Source of the DNA: Chiloscyllium plagiosum
Lineage: Eukaryota
Direction: 5' to 3'
NCBI RefSeq assembly: GCF_004010195.1
Contig: NC_057751.1
Coordinates: 15,306,597-15,359,784 of the forward strand
Length of the DNA: 53,188 nt
Positions 27,268 through 39,068 of this stretch are shown here, in pieces (the stretch's first letter is position 1; each line of letters starts with the position of its first letter). The notes beneath the pieces are model-generated. The model searched no databases. It was not told the DNA's origin and worked only from the letters and a program-made list of their open reading frames with translations. The position numbers and the translations under genes are program-made.

Positions 27268-28596
27268 TTCAAGTAGTCCCCCTCCCCTGTTCTTTCTTCA
27301 AAGCCCTTCAACTGAATGATTAATCTGTTGGAATCTACTTTAACCACACTTCCAAGCTGTGCACTCTAGGTCAAACTTGTCAAAATAAAGATATTCTCAA
27401 CGACTTGCTGGGTTGAATGCTAATTATTTTAATCTGGGAAGTTTCCTTCCCTTAAAACCCATTCGTTTTGATTCTCTCTGCTCAATCATTTCTGCAGAAC
27501 AAGAGAATAATTCTGTCTCTGCTTCTCTACTTCCTACAACTGCAATCCCAGTTACCTTTCTGGCAAATCCTCTGCACCTTCTTCAAAGCCTTGCATCCTT
27601 ATCCCCTCCAGAAATGCAACCACTTGGTTCTTAATGCTGTCAATGTAATTTTCTTAAAGTTACTGCTGGTTGTCCTGTGCACTGCAGTTTGAGCCCTGGC
27701 CTCAAGTTAAGATGACTCAGCCTCCTGGTGGACAAGAGGTAAGAATTTCTCGGATGCAGAGCGGACAATGGATAATTTTCAAAACAAAAGGGGCAGTATC
27801 CATACTCTGCAGGCTCTACGCGATGATAATAAGTTGTCTAAGTAATGGCTGTGAAAAGGTACCCGCAGAACAGACTAGACTTAGAGGAATTGGTTGCGGG
27901 TGGTGGTGGGGTGTTGGGATGGAAGGAGGCATCCATGAGTACCTCCGACAACAATACTCCTGACTGTTCCCTCTACCACCATCATGCACCCTCCCACTCA
28001 AGCCTCCTCCACTAGCTTGATGCCGTTTCGATTTCCCAAACCAAATCCCCACTTCCAGACAACTGTCCAGTGACAGGAATGTGCCATCTGCATGTCAACT
28101 CAGCTTCATCAAAAACACTGCAGGAAACACAGGGGTGAGGAATCATGCCCATTTGTGCAAGCCCCTCCAATCCAAACTGTGATTCTTCTTAATGCCGTTA
28201 GATGATCAGGTTGAGATAAACTCAGCCAAGTCATGACCCTGCCACATTTTTCAATACTGATGCAGTGTTCAAAAATCATAAGCAACAAATCTGCCAAGTG
28301 CCCGGGTGTCATTGCCCTTTAGCAGCGAGACCCCAGTCCAGTGGAAAATGCTAAGTGTCCCATCGGTAGCTGGAGGTATTAGGGGGGGACCACTTCACCA
28401 TGTGGTCACTACCGTGTGCAGCATTTTCTCACTCACACACATACAGCGTCCCATATGTGGGATGTCCACTCCCAGACGAGGGGGGGGGGGGGGAGGGGCA
28501 ACGTTTGCTCTGCTACATTGCTTTAGTTTGAAGGCAGCTTTGGTACAGGTGGTTTTTGTTTTTGGTGGCGGGGGGGAACTGGATGCAGTAACTTAC

Positions 28597-28913
28597 TGTG
28601 CACTCTTGGAATAGCAAGACAGGGTGACGTGGCTGATGTCCTGGATGTCCAAAGCGGTGGGCTCTGCCGAGATAGCCTGCCTCTTGGTCCTCTGCTGCTC
28701 CTGCAGTTGGATGCTGCTGGGCTCGCTCTGGCTGGCTGGAGGAGCGGCCGGCCGCAGGACCGAGCGGTACTTGTCCAGCTCGGTCTGCAGCTTCTGGATC
28801 AGCTCGTCCTTGTGGTCCAGCTCCAGCTCCAGCTCGTCGATCAGGGCGTCCCTCTGCCTCAGCTCCTCGATCTTCTCCTGGAGGGCGTATTGCAGGTCCC
28901 GCAGGGTCCCCAT
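28597..28913 (-). CDS. PRKG1: cGMP-dependent protein kinase I-type gene, beta-type first coding exon
   Basis: ATG at 28913 (ggaATGg) gives [55 protein letters not shown]...[24 protein letters not shown]...KSAQ, nearly identical to the PKG-Ibeta N-terminus. Donor CA|GTAAGT (phase 2) is in frame with exon 2. Confidence 0.96.
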
Positions 28914-29730
28914 TCCTCCCTGGGCGGGGTGGGCAAGTTGCAAAGTCTCGCCCCCCCCCCCCCACCCCCTACCTCCAGGGCGAAGAGCGGCTCCGTCTTC
29001 CAGCCAGGCGCAGCTCAGGAATCATTGAGCATTCTCGATTCTCTCTCTCGCTCTCTCTGTGTCAGAGCAGCCCTGGCTCTTCCAGGTAACTGCCTGAACG
29101 CAACTACATTCCCGTGGGGGGCGTCCTCGCCAACCCGCTGGCGAGAGCCAACAACTTCCAGTTATGTGCAAAGAAAAAAATCCTCTGGCGAATTGAACAG
29201 CCTTTAGATTCTCCCCCTCCCCTCCCCTCCCCTCCAAAGCCGAGTCCAGCTAACTCTTGGGCACTTCTCACCAGCCCGTCCATCCCCGTCCCAGCGGAGA
29301 GCCTGGAGACTGAGGAGAGACAATGAAAGAAAGCCCACAGGAAAACAGTAGCCCGAGGGGAGGGTCGACATGGTCGCAAGAGGTGAACAGGAGGCTTCCA
29401 GATGAATGCAGGCGCCTCAGGAGGATGCGAGGGAAAACCGAAGCGATGGGCGTTGAAGGGGGGGAAGCCGGGTGCGTGGTGCGACTGCTGAACCCACACA
29501 CACACACACACACCCAGAACGCAGTAAAGAAGCTCAGACGGCGACCCCAGTGTACATTCAGCACTGGAGCAGTGGACAGTTCCACGCCTCTGCAGGCGCC
29601 CCACTCAAGGCCAGGGCTGCTGACCTGGTCCTCAAACCCTTTGCCCCTCTCACATGCCATCGACAGAAGCATCCCGTATTTGGCCACAGGAGACGATAAG
29701 TGGGGCGCCCACCTTCGCCACTACCCGATC
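28620..29730. promoter_or_regulatory. CpG-island-like promoter/5' UTR region of the beta-type exon
   Basis: Visibly GC- and CpG-rich against a CpG-poor background; spans the beta exon and about 800 bp upstream. Contains (CT)n near 29040 and (CA)n near 29495-29513. Confidence 0.7.
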
Positions 29731-32585
29731 CATTTGGGAATCATTTTCTGAGCGGTCACTGAAGTTGGACACTGGAAAGGTGGTGGCATCGAGGGAGATG
29801 AGTTTGAATCAAACCATGGCAGATGGTGCAACTCAAATTCAATAAAAAGCTAGCCTCATGTTGACCTTGATGACTACCATATAACACTATCTAATTCACC
29901 AAAGTCCTTTACAGAAGGAATTCAGTGATCACTATCTGGTCTGGTCTACATGTGACTCGAGATCCACGCAAGGTGACTGACTCTTACCTGGCCTCTCGGC
30001 AATCAGAGTTCACTGATAAACATGGGCACTAGTGATGCCCACATCCCCTGAATAAATAAATAAACTCTCTCACTCTTTCGAGCAATGTTCAGGATTAATT
30101 ATCTGTTTTTCTCTTGACCACGTTACTCAATCAATTTATCATTTACGTCCGAAGGAAATGGGCATGGGGGAAGAGAATGAGAACTTTTAAGACATTTGAA
30201 GTTCAAAATCTTTTACCTTGGAATTAGAAAGCTCACAAACACCAGCAATCAGAAATATGTGCAGTCTTTACAGAGGTGAGGACCATGAGAGCCGAAAAGG
30301 TGTCAACCAAAATATCAGTCTTTTTTTTAAAGAAACTAACTAACCCAGTGTAGTTCCAGCAGTTTAGTACATCAGTTATTCAGACATGTTCACAGAAGGT
30401 GTCTGCAGGAATTAACATAGACTGGTTAGGAAACAGACCATGCTAGAACTACATGCCCTCCAAGACAGGAGTGCATCATACAATGACTTAGATTACATAC
30501 TTCAATGACAGCTTTAATGCAATAAGACCTCACAAGGTCCTTCACAGAAGAACTATAAAGCAAAATTTGACCAAGTCACGAAATAAGATATTGGGTCAGG
30601 TGACCAACTGTTAGTTTTAAGGAGTATCTTAGAGAAAGAAAGAAAAAATGTTTAGGGAGGCCAGTCCAAAGCTTAGGAAGATATTGGCATGCCCAAAGAT
30701 AAAATGGCTAACATTAAGGATGACCAGAATTACAGGAGTTGAACAATGTCAGATCAGACGGTTATGGGGCTGGTGGAAACCACTGAGGTAACGTACAGAG
30801 GGATTAAAACATAAAACCTGAGAATTTTTAGAAGTGAGGTGCTGCAGAGTTGAGATCCAATGAAGTTCATGTGTGATGGATGACCTGATGCAGTGCAAAT
30901 TAGGACACAAGCACCAGAGCTTGAGTTGACTTTAAATTCCCAGAGTGTATAACCTGGGAATGCTTTGGAAGAGTGAGGCTCGAGATGTGAAAGGCAGGGA
31001 TGAAGTTTCAGCAAGAGAGCCGCTGATGGAAGGTGACGCAAATGAGGTAAAATTTTTTATTCCATTGTGGGGCTCCCCTTTATTGCCTGTTCCGAGTTGA
31101 CGCTGTGTAGAGTGTTTGTGATTGGTTTGTGCTAACAATTTGACAGGATTCCAGACTTTGGAAGTGGAATATAAGGTAGGACAATGGTCTGCGAGTTCAG
31201 ACTGCCTCAGATTGAAATTTAGTTCGAGACAAATAAAAACCTGCAGATGGTGGAATCCAAGGTAGACAAGCAGGAGGCTGAAAGAACACAGCAAACTTGG
31301 CAGCATCAGAAGGTGGAGAAGTCGACGTTGATATTTGGGGTATGAGGAAATTTGGCTGATTTACATCATGATCACCAAGATTTGCATCTTGTCTTGTTCC
31401 TACCAGCTGTTTGCCCTCAGTGGCTCTCGTCCCTTTGTCGTTATCCAGTAATTCACTCCCTAAACAGGAGTTCACCATTTACTCCTGTTGTTACTGATGG
31501 AGGAGTAGACTGTAGAGAATTCCAGATTCATTTTCCTCTTTTTGTAAAAACGTTGCAGAATACAAGACAAGCCAACTCCACCTGTCCTCAGAGTTGAGGC
31601 TTTTTTTTGTTTATATTATTCTGGTGATTCTGCAGTGATTCTAAACCTTATCCCAGCCACTAATACCCTTCTTGTGATGCTGGGCTTAGTACAGAGGACA
31701 GTGTTTGAGACTTTTATAACAGAAATATCGCTTCCACTTTTTTTTGAGCCTTCTGAAATGCCATTGTTTCACTTTGACACCTGTCCACCAGTTCCTACTG
31801 ATCTGTACATTTACAGATATTACTAACCACTTATCCCTGAAGCACAGCATACTTAAGTCATACATCCAGCTTGACTGAAACAGTCATATTCAAAACATTG
31901 CCAGGTTTGAAGGGAGTAAATCATGACACACAGCACCAGCTAGAGGCTTATTTCATAGCTGCAGGTCACCAGTGGCAGCTTCAATAAAGTTGGATAAGGG
32001 ATCAACTAATAGAGGCAGATTACATAACTTCCAGCAACATTGTTCTGATTCATTAACTACGTCGTACATCCCCTTCTGTTTGAACTTGGGTGAGTCGGTA
32101 CCTGAAGATAACAGCCCGTGCTCAGGTCGAGATAGAATGCTGGGAGGAAAAGTCCAAGCTTTCTCAGCTGCAATGCCTTTGGGTTATATGATAATGCAGT
32201 GGGGGAAAAGGTTAGGACAAACTGTACAAGCAGACTGGCCTAGAGTTGCTGCCTCCTGTTGGTTGGATAAAGATATGAGTAGTGACCATTTATGTGGTGA
32301 AGTGGATCTAGGAAAATCTGTCTACTCACACATTGCTCCAATTCAGCTCAATGGCAGGAATCTAAAGGTAATGGTTAACTGGTATTTTGTAAATGGAATG
32401 CGGTTTCCAGTGGAGCTCTGCAGAATTCAGTACTTGAGTGCCTTGCTTTTCATCATCTATTATCAATGCTTTAGATTTAAATGGAAGGGACACAATTACA
32501 AAATTTGTTTCATGGTACAAAAATGAGTTGTGGGATTGATAGTGAGGAAGAAGGTGATGGACTGCATCAAGTTAATAATATATAT

Positions 32586-32920
32586 GGAGTGGCAGTGGTT
32601 AGCATTGCTGCCTCACAGTACCAGGAACCCAGTTTGATTCCACCTTCAAGTTACTGTCTTTGTGGAGTTTGCATTCTCTCCCAGGTCTGAACTGGTTTCC
32701 TCCCACAGTCCAACAATGTGCAGGTCAGGTGAATCGGCTATACTAAACTGTCCATAGCGTCCAAGGATGTGCAGGCTTGGTGGGTATCCACAAATAATGC
32801 AGGGTTACAGGGTTATGGTTGGGGGGGTGGGGGTAGGTCGAGGTGGGATGCTCCTCAAGAGGCCAGTATGGACTCTATGGACAGAATGGCTTGCGTCCAT
32901 ACTGTGGGGATTCTATGATT
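32586..32920 (+). mobile_element. Diverged HE1-like V-SINE within decayed CR1 sequence (about 32340-33610)
   Basis: gtggttagcattgctgcctcacag...tggagtttgcattctctcc...ggtttcctcccacagtccaa. Confidence 0.8.
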
Positions 32921-34371
32921 GCGTATTGATCAGGAGGACAGAAATGTGGTAAATAGAGTTTAGTCCAAAGAACTGTGGGGCAATATAATTGAAGGGGATT
33001 GAAAACAGGCAATTAGATAGTCAGAGGCATAAAAAGGAGGAACCTCATTGTATAGATAGCCATAGAACCTAGAACTTAGCAGGATAAGTCGACTTGGTGC
33101 TTGTGGCAGATAATGGGTTAATGTCCTTTCTTCAGCAAGACACAACCCAGGGAGGATGTCGTCACACTGAGGAACACCTTTATCTTCGTTTTCAAGGATG
33201 TTACCACAGGTAAACCTTTTTTCACCTGCGAGGAAAGGTTGGATGCATTGTAGCTTGTTTTTTTCAGAACGCAGAAGCAGATGATGATGATATGGAACGT
33301 TAAGGACTAGTTCCCTTTGCAGAGGAGTCAGTGATTTGGGGCTTTCAATCAAGTTAATTCGTCCAAGTGTGAGAGGAGAGCAGACTCTGCTGCGCCCCCC
33401 ACCCTCCCAACACACACAGCACACAAAGTTTAAAACTCACTGCCTGAAAAGGTGGTAGAGGGAGCAACTTTCATCACATTTAGAAAATGCTTGAATATGC
33501 ATTTGAAGGAGTGTGAAACTGGATTTGGTTGGTTAAAGCTTTATTGGCAGTCACAGGCATGATGGGGCAAATGGCATCCTCCTGGTCAGTATACTTGTAT
33601 GACTCCATGGCGAGCAACAGCAAAAGAGCACGGACAGCTCAAGCTTCCATGCACTCGGTGTATCCAATGGGAGATAGGAATGCCAATGGACTGATACAGC
33701 CTTCATCAAAATGTCTCAAAACAAAAAAAAATGACAAGAGTACTGGTGCAAAAATACAAATGAACACACTTTCTTAGCAATCTGAGAATTTCAGCAGCAG
33801 TGGAGCATGTGTGCAACCCAGAAGGCAACAATTTAGTTTGCAGTCTTGCAGTCATGGCATGAGTATAATTCAAACTCTCATGAATTGCTGAAGCCCCAGC
33901 TTTCCATCAGCCTTCATGCAATCAGCTCTGAATTCTCTGGATCAAACATCACACCTAAGCACAAAGGTTCGGTACTAATTAACCATTTATATTCAAGAAG
34001 GAAGTGCATATCCTGTCAACCACCAATCCATGTCCATTGTTCAATAACTGGGCACTACGCTCAACGATCATCCACTATCACCATGTTTCCATAGCAATCA
34101 TTCATTACTAAGCCATACACGTGGCAGTGAGCAATTAGGTGAGAAAATCATTGAAAGGAACTTCTTATGCATTGAATGGATTTCAAGCCTTATCTGCAAA
34201 TCTACAATTAACTGAAACTAAATCTCACATTGAAAGATATGGGTCCTCACAGCTGCTAAAAGCAGGGAGTAACAGAACATACAGGGTGTAGATTCAATTA
34301 GGATGTGCCGAGTTAGCAATTCTGACTGTGTTGTGATAAGCTACCACTGGCACCATCCATTGGAAAGAGAT

Positions 34372-35840
34372 CATCTACTGAAAAAGGGTGCATAGTAAGA
34401 TCGGGCTCAATTGCCAACAAATAATGTACCAGTGCCCAAACACAAAAGGTGGGGCATTGGTGAGAACTAACTGAAGATTCAGGGATCGCGGTTACAGTCG
34501 GGCACTCAGTAAAAATCAGACACACAGCATTGTTCAAACTGTTTGACATAACCATTTCAGTATCTCAGCTCTTCAAACAGGTGGAAACTCTTTTACTGAA
34601 TAGCCCCAAAGCAAAAATTAATTATCTCTACTCCTTCAGAGTGAAAGACACTAGTCACATATTTCCAGCATTTAAACAAATTCATTTCATCTTCTCTAAT
34701 GTCTTCCTCAAAAACCTTCTCCAAATTCTCTGACCATAATTTCAGCTGCCCTCTCCTAACTTCGCTCCAATGGTCTGATAAACATTTGAAGAAACATGAA
34801 CAATCTTTGGATGAATTGAGCCATGCAAACCATAGTAGTGGGTTAGTCCAGGTTGGATTCTTGGCTCGATTGCCACTCCATAGCTCCTGCTGAAAATACC
34901 ACCTGAGGACACCAGAGCTCTCGCCCAGACAGCGGAAGCACAGGGAGTAATCTCCACAGCTGTGCATTTAGCACTGGACACCATAATCGAGCCAAAACGA
35001 TGAACAAAAATCAAGACTGGAGAGCATATTTCATTCCCCTCCCCCAGCACCAACCCTGGGATTAATGGAAGCAAGTTCAAAATTGTGGTTCTGTGCTTCA
35101 CAGGGTGGTGAGGGAGTGTGTTCAGGCACTGTCAGCAAATACCTCACTTGGTCATTTTCCCTTATTAGGGAAGTGGAGGAGGCTGGTAGAATTACAACAT
35201 TTAAAAAAGGTGTCTGGGTGGGTGTCTGAATATGAAGGGTTTAGAGGGATATGGGCCAAGTGATGGCAAATGGGACTGGATTTATTTAGAATATCTGGCC
35301 GGCGTGGACGGATTGGACTGAAGGGCCTGTTTCTGTGCTGTACATCTGACTCTCTAAATCCTTCATGAAGTCAGCACACAGTGAAATGCTTAACAGCCAA
35401 TTAAATACTTGTAGAATTGCACAGTCACTGTGCAGAAAGAAACTAAATACACGCAAATTGTTTCTTACTGGCTCCAGTGACTCCCAATGACAAGAGCCAA
35501 GGTCCTTCACAGAGATGCACAGCTTTCTCCTCACACCAGTGTCTTACCTGCACTAACTGTTCCTTGGCCTTGTGGCAATAGACTGACTGAGGACACAAGC
35601 GGGTTGTTGACGAGTATGAACTTAGCTCGGAAGAGATGAAAAGATGTTAAGGTCTCGAGTTCTTTTACATCTACTGAAAAGGGTGCATAGTAAGATCAGG
35701 CTCAATTGCCAAAAAGGAATGTACCAGCATCGAGCAGAAAAGGTGGAGATGGGGACGACACATTAGTGAGAACTAACTGAAGATTCATCGTGACAGCTCG
35801 GACATTCAGTAAAAATCAGACACACAGCATAGTTCAAACT
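34372..35840 (+). repeat. Dispersed direct duplication of about 170 bp (34372-34540 and 35668-35840)
   Basis: Both copies run CATCTACTGAAAA(A)GGGTGCATAGTAAGATC...TGAGAACTAACTGAAGATTCA...TCAGTAAAAATCAGACACACAGCAT.GTTCAAACT. Confidence 0.9.
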
Positions 35841-37390
35841 AACAAAATCCACAGACTATGGGTTTTTAGGGGTGGCATGCACTGGCGGAGGGAGTGTCCT
35901 GGTTGTTCAATTGGATTTTCAATCCTGGGAATGCATGGTCAAGTTCCATTGGCTCCCAAAAACCACTTGGCAACTCTCAGGAACTTGTCTTAAAATTCAA
36001 CACACATTGTCCTACCATCCAAAGGCAGCCACATGTGTCATGTTACATCTAAAATTCCACTAAAATTAAATGTTTCAGTGGAATGATAATGCCTCTGATG
36101 ACAACAACTTTCATTTGTAAAGCAACTTTTAACAGAGCTCCCAAACCCTTCCGAAGGCTCAAGGGAATTTGAGCAGTAACAATTCAAAAGTGGATTTTTT
36201 TTCAAAAATTGAGAGATGTTAAAATGCAGTCCCGGTAAAAGTGACCATTAAGCTGCCAGATAGGGTAACAAAACCACTGCTTCACCAATTCCCAATACTC
36301 GGGATGGTCTGCCTGGTCTGAGAGACTCCAGTCAAAACACAGAGTTGACTCTTAACCGAAGTGCCATTGTATCCAACCTGTGTTCATTCAAGTATGAGAA
36401 TTTACAGCACAGAAACAGGCCATTCAGCCAAACTGTGTGGTGCTTGAGCTTTCCTGCTATGCTCTTCATTTAACCTCATCAGTCAACTTGCTATACCTTT
36501 CTCTTTCATATATTTATGTAGCTAACCTTAAATGCATCTCTACCATTCACTTCATTTATTCCCTGTGGTTGTTCCACAGTTTCAACTCTCTCCCAAGAAC
36601 AATATTTCTCCTGAATTCGCTGCTGGATTTTGTTTGGTAACAATCGGAGATTAACTGCTTCTGGTCTTGGTCTTTAATTCCACAGAACAGGAGCCACTCC
36701 CCCAGCGTGGTTAAAAAACCAGACAAAAAAAATTTTAAAATTCACCTCATTCATTTTATCGTGTGGTACAATAACTGAGTTAATGCCTAATGCCTGCAAT
36801 GGATCTCCATCAAACATGGAGGAGGTGAGGAAACACCTCAGGGGACAGCATATGGAACTTAAGCACCTGCTCCTCTCAAGCACACTACACTTACGCAATA
36901 TCTCAAATCAATCTATGGTAGTCTTATTTTTAAATATTATTTTTATTTATTTGTTCATGGGACGTGGGCTTTGATGGATGGGTGAGCACTTACGGACCAC
37001 TCCTGCTTGCCCAGAGTCAACCACATGGCCGTGTGCCTGGAGTCACGTGTCGGCCAAACCAGGTAAGGATGACAGATTTCCTTCGCTGAAGGACATTAGT
37101 GAAACAGACAGGTTTGTAGGACAAAACAGTGGTCACCGTTCCACTAGTCTTTTTACTGAACTGACACTTCACAATTTTCCATGTTGGGATTTGAACATTA
37201 GCCTGAGGTAATGATGTAAAGATTATGTCATCCCTTTGAATAATTATCATGAAGATTATTCTAACTCCCTATGCAGTTAGGGAGAATATCAGCATCTTAA
37301 TATTGACCAAAAAGTACTGAGTCTCACTGAACACAGCCATCGTTTCCTTTCACAACAAGCTTGATGACTGAAATGGAAGTGTACTCTTAC

Positions 37391-37650
37391 CGAGCTGGCT
37401 TCTCATGTGCCTGAAGTTTGAAGTTGTGCCAGTCAAAAGAGGATGAGCAACACGGTGGTTCTGCTGAGATGCCCTGAGCCCTCCTGGCCCGAGGCAGGAG
37501 CTGGGTTTTTGGCAGCACAGATTGGCACTTGTGGAGTTTAATCCGCAGATCTTGGATCTCCTGCTCTCGCTTGACAAGCTGGAGCTCCAGCTCCTGAATC
37601 TTGGCCTCCTTCAGGGCCAGTGTGTTGAAACCCCGTGCGGTCTCACTCAT
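37391..37650 (-). CDS. PRKG1: cGMP-dependent protein kinase I-type gene, alpha-type N-terminal coding exon (leucine zipper plus autoinhibitory pseudosubstrate)
   Basis: ATG at 37650 (gaaaATG, in-frame TGA upstream) gives MSETARGFNTLALKEAKIQELELQLVKREQEIQDLRIKLHKCQSVLP...PRARRAQGISAEP...EKPAR. It contains the PKG-Ialpha hallmarks LHKCQSVLP and RAQGISAEP. It ends CG|GTAAGA (phase 2), joining exon 2 in frame (R-SKELIK). The symbol is family-level; this may be a paralog. Confidence 0.9.
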
Positions 37651-39068
37651 TTTCAATCTGTTCTCAATTAAACGTGCACAGACTGCAAATCCTCAATTCA
37701 GAGCCAAGATCCAGATTGTGAAATGTGGATCAGGAGCCTGGATGACAATGGAATGGTGGGCAGTAAAAGAGAGAAAAAAAATAATCTCGTGTACCAGACA
37801 AAAAGGACATTAAGCTCCTGCGTCGCCTCCAACCCGGTGTTCAAAGACTCCATTCAGACTTTTCCATTAAGTATCACCCTAAATCATTGCCAAATGCACT
37901 GCTTGCCTCATGGTGCGAGAGGCAGTATCAATGCGGGCAACTGTGCATCAAGGTTTGCATCAGCAATGACGACGATTACTTTTCATGGCAACCTGCAAAA
38001 CACTCGAGTGCTGTATCACAGGCTGAATTTATACAGAACTCAAAAGCTCTTGAACTTTGAAGCATTAAAGAAAACAAAAGACAAGTCTTGGCAGGCACTG
38101 ATGCTGCTGCTGCTCGGTTCTTGCAGGGGAGGAGAATGGAAAATGTAAATCAAATACAAAGTGCGCCACCAGAGCAACCTCAAACAAAATAGGACACCAA
38201 ATCAGATAAGCTAGTAATTATTAGGACAGGTGACCGAAAAATTTGCTTGAAAAAAAGACGTATGATTTGACACTCCTGAGGAGTTCCTTCAGTTCTTTTC
38301 GGTTTAACTTTTGGCTACTTTTCCTGATTTCTCCTGGCCCGATCAGGTATCAAAACAATGTCGAAAGATTGAGCCAAGGAGATTCGGAGGGAGATTTTAT
38401 GAAGGTCTTAGACAATGAGTGATAATGCCCTGGAACTCATGGCCACATAAAGGTAGTGGAAACAATGTGAATCAATGATTTCAAAAGGAAACGGAATACA
38501 CATTTCAAATGTTGCAGGACTACGGGGATAGAGGGAGAGGGACAAGATGAACTGGACTGGAGAACCAGAAAAGATGTGCTCGGCTGAACAGCCTTCTTCT
38601 GCACTGTGAATTACTTGACTGCTGTGTATTTATTTATGTTGCAAACTAAACACGGTGGGAAGTTTTACTATGATAAATACATTAAGCTAAGTTCTTGTTG
38701 AGACCAAGCCTCAGAGGCAGAAAGCATTAGGCAGGCTTTGTTGAGAGCACTTAGGTAGCTGAAATCCAGGCTGAAAATGCAAACGAAGAGAGATTTAGGG
38801 TGAGCAAAGAGGTCTGAGGGCCACATGGGGCTTGGCGAAGTTACAGAGGGCTACATCATGAAGGGAAATTAAAGTATGCACATTTAAAAAAAAACAAGGT
38901 CTTAATGGGAGTGCGCTCACTAAAGACAGCATGGAGATGACATTAAATGGGGCTTGCTGTGAGTTAAGATTAGATCAACAGAGTTTTGGATAGACTTGAG
39001 TTTATGCAGGATGAAAAATGGAAAATCATTGTAATCAAGCTTGGATGGAGAAAAGCACTGGATGAGAG

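Noticed and set aside
28513..29751. Several 130-190 aa ORFs overlapping the beta exon and promoter
   Set aside because: Alternative-frame or antisense shadows of a GC-rich coding exon and CpG island; no recognisable domains.
31972..32526. 184-aa plus-strand ORF
   Set aside because: Non-ATG start, no recognisable motif, and the 3' part runs into decayed CR1 sequence.
34593..35101. Overlapping 124-aa and 119-aa minus-strand ORFs as a possible third alternative N-terminal exon
   Set aside because: No zipper or pseudosubstrate motif, no convincing phase-2 donor, and no homology I can recognise.
35160..35169. Perfect CArG box CCTTATTAGG between the alpha and beta exons
   Set aside because: A single 10-mer at the edge of a CR1 fragment is expected by chance; no supporting evidence.
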